Positions 21,956 through 32,247 of a stretch of DNA of 32,247 nt are shown here, one piece after another. The DNA is taken from NCBI RefSeq assembly GCF_001194135.2, contig NC_068996.1, forward strand, positions 47,183,787 through 47,216,033, in the 5' to 3' direction. This DNA comes from Octopus bimaculoides. Lineage: Eukaryota. Under the pieces are notes generated by a model. That model ran no database searches. It saw nothing but the letters and a program-made list of their open reading frames with translations, and was not told the DNA's origin. The stretch's first letter is position 1, and each line of letters opens with the position of its first letter. The position numbers and the translations under genes were made by a program.

Positions 21956-22023
21956 GTAATATAAACAGTGAATAAAATACGTTTGGTCGTAGCTTGAACG
22001 TCTTTTATTTATAAGTCTTTCCA

Positions 22024-22247
22024 GGCAACGAGCTGGCAGAACCGTTAGCACGTTGGACGAAATGCTTAGCAGTATTTCGTCAATCTTTACGTTTTGAGTT
22101 CAAATTCCGCCGAGGTCGACTTTACCTTTCATCCTATCGGGTTCGATAAATTAAGTACCAGTTGAGTACTGGAGTCGATGTAATCGACTATCCTCCTCTC
22201 CCAAATTGCAGGTCTTGTGCTTATAATAGAAAGGATTATTATTATTA
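22024..22247 (+). mobile_element. SINE family B, tail type 1
   Basis: Full head, body and tail ending AGAAAGG(ATT)n. Confidence 0.9.
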
Positions 22248-22383
22248 TGGCCTACCAGAATAGACCTGCCATTAAAATAAAACCTAAAAAAACAATTATT
22301 TTGTCGTTGAGTCACTACTTTATACCATGGTGTATCTGTTGGATCAAAACTTGATTATAGTTAGCTACATAATACACTGCGTA

Positions 22384-22803
22384 GGCGCAGAAGTGGCTGT
22401 GTAGTAAGTAGCTTGCTTACTAACCACATGGTTCCGGGTTCATTCCCACTGCGCGGCACCTTGGGCAAGTGTCTTCTACTATAGCCTCGGGCCGACAAAA
22501 GCCTTATGAGCGGATTTGGTAGACGGAAACTGAAAGAAACCCGTCGTATATATGTATATCTATATATGTATGTGTGTGTATATGTATGTGTGTCTGTGTT
22601 TATCCCCCCAACATCGCTCGACAACCGATGCTGCTGTGTTTACGTCCCCGTAACTTAGCGGTTCGGCAAAAAGAGACCGATAGAATAGGTACTAAGCTTA
22701 CAAAGAATAAGTCCTGGGGTCGATTGGCTCAACTAAAAGGCGGTGCTCCAGCATGGCCACAGTCAAATGACTGAAACAAGTAAAAGAGTAAAAAAGTAAA
22801 AAG
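22384..22803 (+). mobile_element. SINE family A, full length
   Basis: tRNA-like head with A-box-like (GTGGCTGTGTAG) and B-box-like (GGTTCATTCCC) motifs, CORE-like CCTTGGGCAAGT, an internal TA/TG microsatellite, and a 3' tail ...ATGACTGAAACAAG(TAAAAGAG)n. Confidence 0.9.
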
Positions 22804-23888
22804 TGTAACTCTCTTTACTTGTACAGCTTGAATAAATTTGTATGCCATGAGAGATAGAAGAGAAACTTAACAATTTCAGGAGCTGTTTTTGTCTGAGACA
22901 GCGACAGAAAAAGAGGGGAACAAAGTGACAGAGAAAATGAGAGAGGGGGGGGGAGAAAAGGATCTGGCAAAGGATCAATCCTGAAATAATAGTATCTTTT
23001 TCTCTCCTTGATGACATCCAAAATTATCCAAAATCATGTTCTTTAGAAATAGATTTTTATTTTGCTGATGCAGAACACGATGACCATTTTCCTTGGATGG
23101 TGTCACATCGTCCCTTTTTCTTCTTTTTCTTTTCTTTTCTTATCGCTTTTTAATTACGAATTTTAATCCTTAAATATTCTCAAGAAATCCATTAAATATA
23201 TTAATTAAATTCCACATTTCAAAACAGACAAAAAAATCTTTTTATAATATTCAAAATGTTCTTTGCAATTTCGGTTTTATTTCAAAATCTTTAAGATAGA
23301 ATTAAATGAATAAAAAAAAAAGAAAAACATACATTAATATTAGCAAGAAAAATATAGATTGAATGAAATAAAGCACACTTGTGTAATTATAAATTTATTA
23401 AAAAAAAAAATGCATACACAAATTAACACATGCACGCACACACATATACACAAACGCACATATATTGGTTAAAATGTTAAATTTTCTATGTTTTCTTGTG
23501 CTTCAATTAGACGCGTGCGCACACACACACACTCACACACAAGCAAACACACATACATACAGACTCGTGCACATATACATTCATGCAGACATTTTAAGCT
23601 TGGCATACAGCAGTATGGCCACCACTAGCAACATCGTCAGTGTTGTCTCCATCATGACGGTATCTACCACCATCAACATCTCCTCACCCCCACTCACCAC
23701 CAGCAACAACAACAACAGTAGCAGCAGCAGCAGCAGCAATACCACTAGCGTCATTATCCTAACCATCACTCCGGATCTTATCGCTATGAATTCATCGCCC
23801 ACTCAACTATTCAACGGTCATACACCTATGTAAACACTCATTACATACATACATAAACACACACATATATGCACACACGTGCATATAA

Positions 23889-24120
23889 GGCGGCGAGCTG
23901 GCAGAAACGTTAGCACGCCGGGCGAAATGCTTAGCGGTATTTCGTCTGCTGTTACGTTCTGAGTTCAAATTCCGCCGAGGTCGACTTTGCCTTTCATCCT
24001 TTCGGGGTCGATTAAATAAGTACCAGTTACGCACTGAGGTCGGTATAATCGACTTAATCCGTTTGTCTGTCCTTGTTTGTCCCCTCTGTGTGTAGCCCCT
24101 TGTGGTCAGTAAAGAAATAA
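23889..24120 (+). mobile_element. SINE family B, tail type 2
   Basis: Well-preserved head and body followed by TCCGTTTGTCTGTCCTTGTTTGTCCCCTCTGTGTGTAGCCCCTTGTGGTCAGTAAAGAAATAA. Confidence 0.9.
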
Positions 24121-24582
24121 CACACGTTCATACATACATACAAGTATGCATACAAACATATATACAAACATACATACACACAAATACATGCATAGACACA
24201 CATACATACAAACATAGATACATACANNNNNNNNNNNNNNNNNNNNNNNNNNNNNNNNNNNNNNNNNNNNNNNNNNNNNNNNNNNNNNNNNNNNNNNNNN
24301 NNNNNNNNNNNNNNNNNNNNNNNNNNNNNNNNNNNNNNNNNNNNNNNNNNNNNNNNNNNNNNNNNNNNNNNNNNNNNNNNNNNNNNNNNNNNNNNNNNNN
24401 NNNNNNNNNNNNNNNNNNNNNNNNNNNNNNNNNNNNNNNNNNNNNNNNNNNNNNNNNNNNNNNNNNNNNNNNNNNNNNNNNNNNNNNNNNNNNNNNNNNN
24501 NNNNNNNNNNNNNNNNNNNNNNNNNNNNNNNNNNNNNNNNNNNNNNNNNNNNNNNNNNNNNNNNNNNNNNNNNNNNNNNNNN

Positions 24583-24625
<43 letters not shown>

Positions 24626-24788
24626 CGACGGGCTTCTTTCAGTTTCCGTCTACCAAATCCACTCACAAGGCTTTGGTCGGTCCGAGGCTATAGTAGAAGA
24701 CACTTGCCCAAGGTGCCACGCAGTGGGAATGAACCCGGGACCATGTGGTTGGTAAGCAAGCTACGTACCACACAGCCACTTCTGCGCT
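24583..24788 (-). mobile_element. SINE family A, 5' half ending in its internal microsatellite at gap 24227-24582
   Basis: Reverse complement of 22384-22560. Confidence 0.9.
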
Positions 24789-25857
24789 TATATATATATG
24801 TATATGTATATGTATATATATGTATATGTACATATATATATATATGTGTGTATATGTATATATACATATATATTTATATGTATATATATATGTATATGTA
24901 TATATATATNNNNNNNNNNNNNNNNNNNNNNNNNNNNNNNNNNNNNNNNNNNNNNNNNNNNNNNNNNNNNNNNNNNNNNNNNNNNNNNNNNNNNNNNNNN
25001 NNNNNNNNNNNNNNNNNNNNNNNNNNNNNNNNNNNNNNNNNNNNNNNNNNNNNNNNNNNNNNNNNNNNNNNNNNNNNNNNNNNNNNNNNNNNNNNNNNNN
25101 NNNNNNNNNNNNNNNNNNNNNNNNNNNNNNNNNNNNNNNNNNNNNNNNNNNNNNNNNNNNNNNNNNNNNNNNNNNNNNNNNNNNNNNNNNNNNNNNNNNN
25201 NNNNNNNNNNNNNNNNNNNNNNNNNNNNNNNNNNNNNNNNNNNNNNNNNNNNNNNNNNNNNNNNNNNNNNNNNNNNNNNNNNNNNNNNNNNNNNNNNNNN
25301 NNNNNNNNNNNNNNNNNNNNNNNNNNNNNNNNNNNNNNNNNNNNNNNNNNNNNNNNNNNNNNNNNNNNNNNNNNNNNNNNNNNNNNNNNNNNNNNNNNNN
25401 NNNNNNNNNNNNNNNNNNNNNNNNNNNNNNNNNNNNNNNNNNNNNNNNNNNNNNNNNNNNNNNNNNNNNNNNNNNNNNNNNNNNNNNNNNNNNNNNNNNN
25501 NNNNNNNNNNNNNNNNNNNNNNNNNNNNNNNNNNNNNNNNNNNNNNNNNNNNNNNNNNNNNNNNNNNNNNNNNNNNNNNNNNCATACTACAAATATAATC
25601 TGTTGTAAGTGGAACAGTAAAAACATGCAAAACTTTTCTCAAAGTTTAAAACGTGAAATTGATTTTGTTATTTACATACCAATGAAAGAGCTTTGTATTT
25701 TTGTTAGAAACCAGCTCCTTTTTCAGAGGAAGAATTTAGATAATTAAAAATAGAACACGTGCGCGCACACGCGCGCATACACTCACATTCAAACACACAC
25801 ACACATGCACGCACGCACGCACGCACGCACGCACACACGCACGTATCTCAATCTCAA

Positions 25858-25930
25858 AAGTTTCTTCTGTTATAGTGGATTTGGAAGATGGAAACTGAAA
25901 GAAGACTGTCGTATATATATATATATATAT
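25858..25930 (+). mobile_element. SINE family A internal fragment
   Basis: GTGGATTTGGAAGATGGAAACTGAAAGAAGACTGTCGTATATAT. Confidence 0.7.
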
Positions 25931-26743
25931 AGTCAATAGATGAGATCAAGAGACTGTCAGTGTAGAGAACACTTTGTTGTGCTCAAATAATACGAATTTA
26001 GACTCCGATGTCTTTACGAGGGACCAATTCTCCCTGGTAAAGAATGGCGATAAAAAGAATATAAGCGAGCAGACGTGGAGGCAATTATGTTGCTAAACAA
26101 ATTAAATATAACAATTTGGATTTGATAAACAAAATATGTCTATATGTATACGTGCAAACAGACAGAAGGAAAAAGTTATGACTTTCAGACAATGAATATA
26201 ATATATAGATAATTATATCAATAAATCAAACTTATAAACGACAGAGAAAATTAAAGGGGAAGCGGTAAAGTGTTATAAGACCAACAGCTGTTTCTTGGTG
26301 TTCGGAGACCCATCATAATGTTGATAGATGTAGTCTACCGTAATATGCAGGCCGTAAATGAAGCTTCCGTCTTCAGGGTAGAAAGAGGTCTTACATTTCA
26401 GATCATGACACAGAGAAGTTTAAAGATGGAATGTTTAAATCTAGAGAGCAAGCAATATTGGAAGGAAGAAGTAGGGGGCTCGTTGAGGGTTGTTGGAGGG
26501 TGTGAGACAGGGAAGAGTGAGAGGAGATAAGAGTCGGTTCAGGAAGATAGTATTAGGGTGGTAGTAGAAGAGTTGGGAAATGAAAGGGAGGGTGGGTTGG
26601 GTAGTAATTGAAGGGTGGTCAGATTTTGTCGAGTTTGTGAATAGATGTCAACAATTTAGGGATAATGGCTATAGACCAATGCGCAGTTGAGACAGTGATA
26701 AAAGTGGGTGGAGGAAGGGAAAGGGTCTAATTCACAGATGCTT

Positions 26744-26927
26744 CATTTCTATATTTAAGAGATGACGAATTATGCATATTATGCACATTATTTACATTTG
26801 ACGGATATTTGTCCTCATCTTATTTGTTGTTAACACGTTTTGGCTGATATACCCTCCAGCCCTCATCAGGTGTCATGGGGGAAATTTCGAACCTGAGCTC
26901 TCATTTCTAAGGTATTTTTCAATGTTG

Positions 26928-26977
<50 letters not shown>

Positions 26978-26979
26978 TG
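26744..26979 (-). mobile_element. 236-bp non-coding element carrying a hammerhead-like motif, flanked by 9-bp TSD
   Basis: CAGATGCTT occurs at 26735-26743 and 26980-26988. The minus strand reads (AAT)n...GACAC CTGATGA GGGCTG gagggtatat CAGCC AAAA CGTGTT. Confidence 0.75.
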
Positions 26980-27120
26980 CAGATGCTTATTGTGTAGCTA
27001 AGGGAGAATTTGAGGGGAGAAGTTAGGTTGGCAGTGTTAGGAAATTGCTGAAGTAGATAGAAAAGTGTGAGAGGGAATGGAGTGGTGGGTGAGTCAGTAG
27101 TCAAGGCAACAGTATTTACT

Positions 27121-27334
27121 AATCTTTACTACTCTAGGCACAAAGCCAAAATTTGGGGAGAGGAGGCCAGTCAATTAGACCGACCACAGTACGCAGCTGG
27201 TACTTAATTAATCGACCTCGAAAGGATGAAAGATAAAGTCGACCTCGGCAGAATTTGAACTCAGAACGTAAAGATGGGCGAAATACCGCTAAGCATTTTG
27301 CCCGGCGTGCTAACGATTCTGCCAGCTCACTGCC
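27121..27334 (-). mobile_element. SINE family B, tail type 1
   Basis: Reverse complement matches 17373-17584. Confidence 0.9.
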
Positions 27335-27705
27335 TTACAATAGTAGTTAATGCAATAATGAATATGGGTTGGTGGTGGACGGGGAGTGCTGAAGCACACA
27401 GAAGTGTAAGAGATTGAATAGAGGGAGGCGGATAGAGAGGAAGGAGGGGTAGATACGTTAGTAGCTAATGGAGTGGGGATAGCTGTAAGTGCTTTTGGTT
27501 GTAGAGGGAATATGAGAAAATAGGAAAAGAATACACAAACTTGTGGGGCTGGGAAGGCGGTGAGGGAGGTGGGATATGGTGGGTAAGAGGAATGAGGAAA
27601 GGCAATCATGAGAAGGAATAATTTAGTAGAAAGGGTGGTGTCAGTGGAGAAGGAAGGTGGCTTGGCCGACCTAGTTGTACGTCAACATTAATCGTAATTA
27701 AGGTT

Positions 27706-27714
27706 ATATATATA

Positions 27715-27795
<81 letters not shown>
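27706..27795. repeat. (TG)/(TA)n microsatellite
   Basis: Direct observation. Confidence 0.95.
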
Positions 27796-27797
<2 letters not shown>

Positions 27798-28087
27798 TCT
27801 TTTACTCTTTTACTTGTTTCAGTCTTTTGACTGTGGCCATGCTGGAGCACCGCCTTTTAGTCGAGCAAATCGACCCCAGGACTTATTCTTTAGAAGCCTA
27901 TACTTATTCTATCGATCTCTTTTGCCGAACCGCTAAGTTACGGGGGACATAAACACACCAGCATCGGTTGTCAAGCGATGTTGGGGGGACAAACACACAC
28001 ATACAAACACACACACACACATACATATATATATATACATATATACGACGGGCTTCTTTCAGTTTCCGTCTACCAAATCCGCTCACA
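27796..28087 (-). mobile_element. SINE family A, 5'-truncated
   Basis: Reverse complement of about 22505-22800. Confidence 0.9.
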
Positions 28088-28728
28088 TAAATGCGCATAT
28101 ATGGGTACAGGACGTCGCCAACTGTGTAAACATGAAATACGCAAACAATGAGAGAAAAAATACAGTACAGAACAAGTAAACACAGAGAACGACCCTTCAT
28201 CAGTTGTCGGCTGTCTATCTACTCACCATTTCAAGCATTCAACGAAAATATGAGTCTTCAAAGACAGTTGCTTCCATAAATTCCAGAATAGAATTTAGGA
28301 TTTATGGAGAGTCAAAGTTGGGAACAAAAACAGGACAGTGGGGACATACAAGAAAATCGAATGAAAACAAACATGGACGTGAGACCAGAACGAGAGGAAA
28401 ATAGTGAACGCTGGGAGAAATATTTTCTTTGAAAAGTGAAAAGATAGAAGAAAGAGAAAGGAAACGTTCAGTCCTTTAAGCGTCCGTGTTGGAAAAGAAA
28501 GATGGTCACGTGTGAGCACCGACAGAGAGAAAAAGAGAAGAGAAAGATGGAGAAGGCCAGTCTATGAGATTACCTTAGCTTTCCCGTTCATAAAGGGTTT
28601 AGCTTTATGGCAAATCGTCAGATCCCAAAACTTGTTGGCCCAGACCTATAAATCAGCCTTTCCCATTTTTAATATCTACTGCTCTACATCTTAGCGTGTG
28701 CTTCTTCTTTCGGATCTATGTTTTTCAA

Positions 28729-28765
<37 letters not shown>

Positions 28766-28768
<3 letters not shown>

Positions 28769-30002
28769 GGGTTGGATAAAATAATGGAAACACCGAGCAT
28801 CATAGCATCATAATTTTGAAATATCTATAAAACCATCAAAATCTTGTTTATTTTATGTTTTTTTAAAATTTATTATTAGTGTTGCTTAATATGTTTTGCT
28901 AAAATTGCTGTTTCTTTTCAGATATTATCAGAAAAAAGTAATTAAAATTCATTAAAATGAGAAATATATAGGACTTTCAATGAGATCAAATTGTTGGTGC
29001 TCGTATGGCAGGTGGTAGCGTGACGAAAACAGCCGAAATGTTTGGTGTATCAAGAAGTACTGTCTCAAAAGTAATGACAGCCTTTGAGAAAGAGGGAAAA
29101 ACCTTCTCGTTGAAAAAAACTCCGGAAGAAAACCAAAACTTTCAGATAGGGATCGTTGGACTCTTACGCGAATTGTTAGAAAGGATCACAAAAGTACAGC
29201 CCCCAAAATTAATGCAGAACTTAATGACCACCTCGAGAACCAAGTATCCACAAAAACTGTTTGCCGGGAGCTGCACAAAGCCGGATTCCACGGGAGGGCT
29301 GCAATCAGAAAACCACTTTCAAAAACAAACGTTGCAAAGCATTTAAATTGGAGTAAAAACCCACAGAATTGGTCCTAGCAGTGGAAGAATGCTATTTTCT
29401 CGGACGAGTCATCCTTTGCCTTATTTCCGACCACTCGCCGATTATACGTGTGGAGACAGCCAAAAGAAGCTTTGAACCTATACTGCCTTCTTCCAACTGT
29501 TAAACATAGAGGGGGATCTGTAATGATCTGGGGAGGTGGGGGCTATATGTTGGAAATCTGCCGGCCTAATGGTTTCCTTTCATGGCAAAATTAATAGTCA
29601 AGACTATTTAAGGATTTTATCTGAGCAAATTTATTCTATGGTTGCGAAACTGTTTCCGAAGGGAAACGCAATCTTTCAGGATGATAATGCACCAATTCAC
29701 ACAGCTAAAGTTGTTACTGAATGGCATGAGGAACATTCTAGTGAAGTTGAACATCTTATCTGGCCACCACAGTCCCCAGATCTCAATATTATTGAACATT
29801 TATGGTGCATTTTAGAAAACCAAGTAAGGAGTCGATATCCTCCACCATTATCATTACAAGAACTGGAGACTGTTTTAGCTGAAGAATGGACAAAAATTCT
29901 TTTGGAAACAATTCAAACTTTGCACGAGTCCATACCTCATAGAATTCAAGCTGTAATTACTGCCAAAGGCAGTCCTACTCCATATTAAAATAAATTTGTT
30001 TG
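28766..30002 (+). mobile_element. Tc1-type DNA transposon (DD36E) inserted in (TA)n; right TIR presumably in gap 30003-30105
   Basis: TA|CAGGGGTTGGATAAAATAATGGAAACACC left TIR, followed by the transposase; (TA)n resumes after the gap. Confidence 0.9.
28957..29988 (+). pseudogene. Tc1-like transposase, DD36E, with stops and frameshifts
   Basis: HTH QIVGARMAGGSVTKTAEMFGVSRSTVSKV; GRKPKL; WKNAIFSDESSF (first D at 29403); FQDDNAPIH (D at 29683); SPDLNIIEHLW (E at 29794); ends GSPTPY*. Confidence 0.9.
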
Positions 30003-30220
30003 NNNNNNNNNNNNNNNNNNNNNNNNNNNNNNNNNNNNNNNNNNNNNNNNNNNNNNNNNNNNNNNNNNNNNNNNNNNNNNNNNNNNNNNNNNNNNNNNNN
30101 NNNNNTATATATATGTATACATACATATATATAATTCAAATTTATAGATAAACAAATGAGGAAGACAGGTGTAGGAACAACAAGCAAATGTATTAGTTTG
30201 ACGCCTGGACAAATGGAAAA

Positions 30221-30256
30221 GTCTTTTATGTTTCGAGCCTATGCTCTTCGACAGAA
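30221..30256 (-). ncRNA. Hammerhead-like motif with CUGUCGA core inside an unclassified repeat (about 30140-30300)
   Basis: Minus strand reads TT CTGTCGAA GAGC atag GCTC GAAA CAT A AAAGAC. Helix II is perfect but helix I is weak. Confidence 0.4.
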
Positions 30257-30321
30257 TGGAATAAGAGGAAATAAATAGAGAGAGAATGAAAAAATAAACG
30301 TGTTGAGTTCAGTGATCCATG

Positions 30322-30547
30322 TGCGTGTGTGTGTGTGTGTGTATCTATGTGTGTGTCCCAACTACCGATTGACAACGGATATTGTCTTATGTGCTAGCGG
30401 TTCTGCGAAAGAAAGTCGATAGAATAAATACTAGGTTGAACAAAAAAAATCTTGGTGGTGATTTATTCGACTATGCTCTTGAAGGTGGTGCTCCAGCATG
30501 GCCGCAGTCCAATGACTGAAACAAGTAAAAGAATAAAAAAGATAAAA
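30322..30547 (+). mobile_element. SINE family A (older subfamily), 3' half
   Basis: GGTGGTGCTCCAGCATGGCCGCAGTCCAATGACTGAAACAAGTAAAAGAATAAAA. Confidence 0.8.
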
Positions 30548-31159
30548 ATGACGAATCAGTTTTCACTTGGCACGCACATACGAACGAACTCTCTCCCCTT
30601 CTATCTCACACACACACGCACACACACATATATACACACATAAACATTCACAATGAAAATTATACACCCACACACAAGCTGTGAAACACACACACGAACA
30701 CACACACAAATGTATTTTTCCCAACCCATACATACACACAGACAAACACAAACACCTGTTCTCTACATTAAGAGAAATAACTGTCATAGAATGTCTGTTA
30801 AGAATCGTAGTTATCGGCTTAGATTGATTGCCATTATTTCTAATTCCTCATTATCATTAACAAACTGCGCAACTATCGTCTCTTCCTACCTCTCCTTCCC
30901 TGTTTCTTTATTTTCTTATCTCGTCCTCTTTCCTCTATTCGATCTCCCTGTCCACGCCTATTTCCTCATCTCCCACTTCACAGATAACTTATAGAAATCA
31001 CTTGGCATGAGTAAAAATGATTTGCACGAAATATTTGTTTGCTTGGCTGTTGAAACCGACCGACAATACAGAACAGGCCAGACCTTGGTAACAGTAATTA
31101 TCATTTAGTAACGGTCGGTTGATGGCTTTAATCCAATTTAAAAACTCATTATCAGTAAA

Positions 31160-31755
31160 GTGGGCGCTACGCGATGGCTTAGTAGAATCGATTGAGTGTC
31201 AGACAAAATGTTCTTGTTCATACTATGAGTTCAAATCTTCGTCGAGGTCGACGTTTGCTTTTTATTCTTTAAGGGTCAATTAGACAAGGTATCTGCTTAG
31301 TTCCGGTATCAATAGTATCGACTAGCCTTTATTTCATAAAATTTCGACATTTTTGACATGCTTCGGCCCTTTATGTTTTGAATTAAAATCTCTTGAAAGT
31401 CATCTTCGTTTCCCATCCATCTTTTCGGGATCGATAAAATAAAGAAGCCACCAGGGACTGAAGTCGATTTAACAGACGTTCCACATTTTCTGACCTTCCT
31501 TGCGCTCGTGTTAGGACCAATTATCATTAGCAGATGTTTGAAGGCGGCGCACTGGCAGAATCGTTAGAATGTCGGACAGAATGCTTAACGGGCATTACTA
31601 CAGTTTTTACGTTCTGAGTTCAAATTCCACTGATGTCGACTTCGCCTTTCATCCTTTCAAAGTCGATGAAGGAAGTACCGATCAAACACAGAATAATAGA
31701 CTTACCCCACCTCTAAAAATGCTGGGTTTCTGTCAATATTTGAAACCATTATGAG
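31160..31755 (+). mobile_element. Cluster of three diverged SINE B copies or fragments (about 31165-31300, 31390-31525, 31543-31752)
   Basis: Each retains GAGTTCAAAT...GTCGAC and/or TTTCATCCTTTC...GATCGATAAAAT motifs. The last has the head GGCGGCGCACTGGCAGAATCGTTAG. Confidence 0.65.
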
Positions 31756-32054
31756 GAGACGGTAATCCTATGGTGTGATGGTATCAAACGTAGCAGTGGT
31801 AGTAGTAGTACTAGTAGTAGTAATTTGCGTCATTGTGGTTTTTGCTTAGCCATCTCTCTCGGCCAGCTCTTCTTCATGGTAAGCATTTAATCCCCATCCT
31901 TTATTTTCAAGATCATATTTACCAACCGGTCATTCTTTAAAAAGTAAAATTTAATAAAGATTGGACGGCGTGACGGTGCGACTTAGTGAGATTTGGTTTC
32001 TATTTCTAGTAGGACGAGTAACGCATAGACGTTCGATGTGTCGTCATATTACTG

Positions 32055-32247
32055 TATTGGTAGTAGTGAAGATGATGGCAGTGGGGATAGTGATGGTGGT
32101 GTTTATTAGTGATGATGATGTTGGTGATGTGTCGGCAGTGGTATGTTGTTGCGTTGGTGAGGGAAATGGCAATGGTGGCGATGGTAGGCGAGATTGTGGT
32201 GGTGTTGGTAATGGTTACGATGGTAATAATCAGTGCTGATGTTGATG
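32055..32247. repeat. Degenerate (GGT/GAT)n low-complexity tract
   Basis: Direct observation. Confidence 0.7.

Larger units (their letters stand above)
26290..27690 (-). mobile_element. Highly degraded Penelope-like RT remnant, interrupted by two younger insertions
   Basis: After removing the inserts, the minus strand gives FPNTANLTSPLKFSLSYTISI (cf. N..HP.LKFT...S), PFLHPLLSLS (cf. PFLD...SIS), DIY..T.S and LPFISQLF (cf. IPFSQFL), in the expected order. Confidence 0.45.

Noticed and set aside
21971-22009. 13-bp AT-rich stem-loop
   Set aside because: Short and AT-rich, expected by chance. A terminator call is not meaningful in this eukaryotic context.
22384-22460. tRNA gene-like heads of SINE A and B
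   Set aside because: They have A/B boxes but no complete cloverleaf or acceptor stem and are attached to SINE bodies, so they are not tRNA genes.
28088-28700. Possible PLE 3' end with CCGACAA CTGATGA AGGGT on the minus strand (about 28190-28215)
   Set aside because: No GAAA or helix I partner found, and the protein similarity is too weak to annotate.
1-32247. CRISPR array, prokaryotic operon or rRNA
   Set aside because: No repeat-spacer periodicity or rRNA-like sequence. The repeats are microsatellites and eukaryotic transposons.

Overview
Eukaryotic, repeat-saturated window with no recognisable host gene. Nine N-gaps total about 4.9 kb (about 15%), and each is flanked by a microsatellite or a transposon. 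The SINE families and repeat style suggest an octopus-type cephalopod genome (inference from recognised repeats, not searched). Nearly every ORF in the supplied track is microsatellite or N read-through. Supported content: three co-oriented R4/Dong-type non-LTR fragments sitting in (AAT)n tracts; a 3' fragment of a different RLE-type retrotransposon; two distantly related LINE ORF1 (gag-like) remnants, one interrupting the tRNA-derived head of a SINE; a Penelope-like element (PLE; RT plus GIY-YIG) with an inverted pseudo-LTR, plus older PLE remnants; a Tc1-type transposon with DD36E spacing; and many copies of two tRNA-derived SINE families, labelled A and B here. The most unusual signal is a set of hammerhead-ribozyme (HHR)-like motifs. 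One is a non-canonical U3-A8 core present twice in the PLE pseudo-LTRs, where the two copies complement each other's mutations. Another lies in a 236-bp element with a 9-bp target-site duplication (TSD), and a third has a CUGUCGA core. All family assignments come from reading the sequence and from motif knowledge; no database search or folding program was run.
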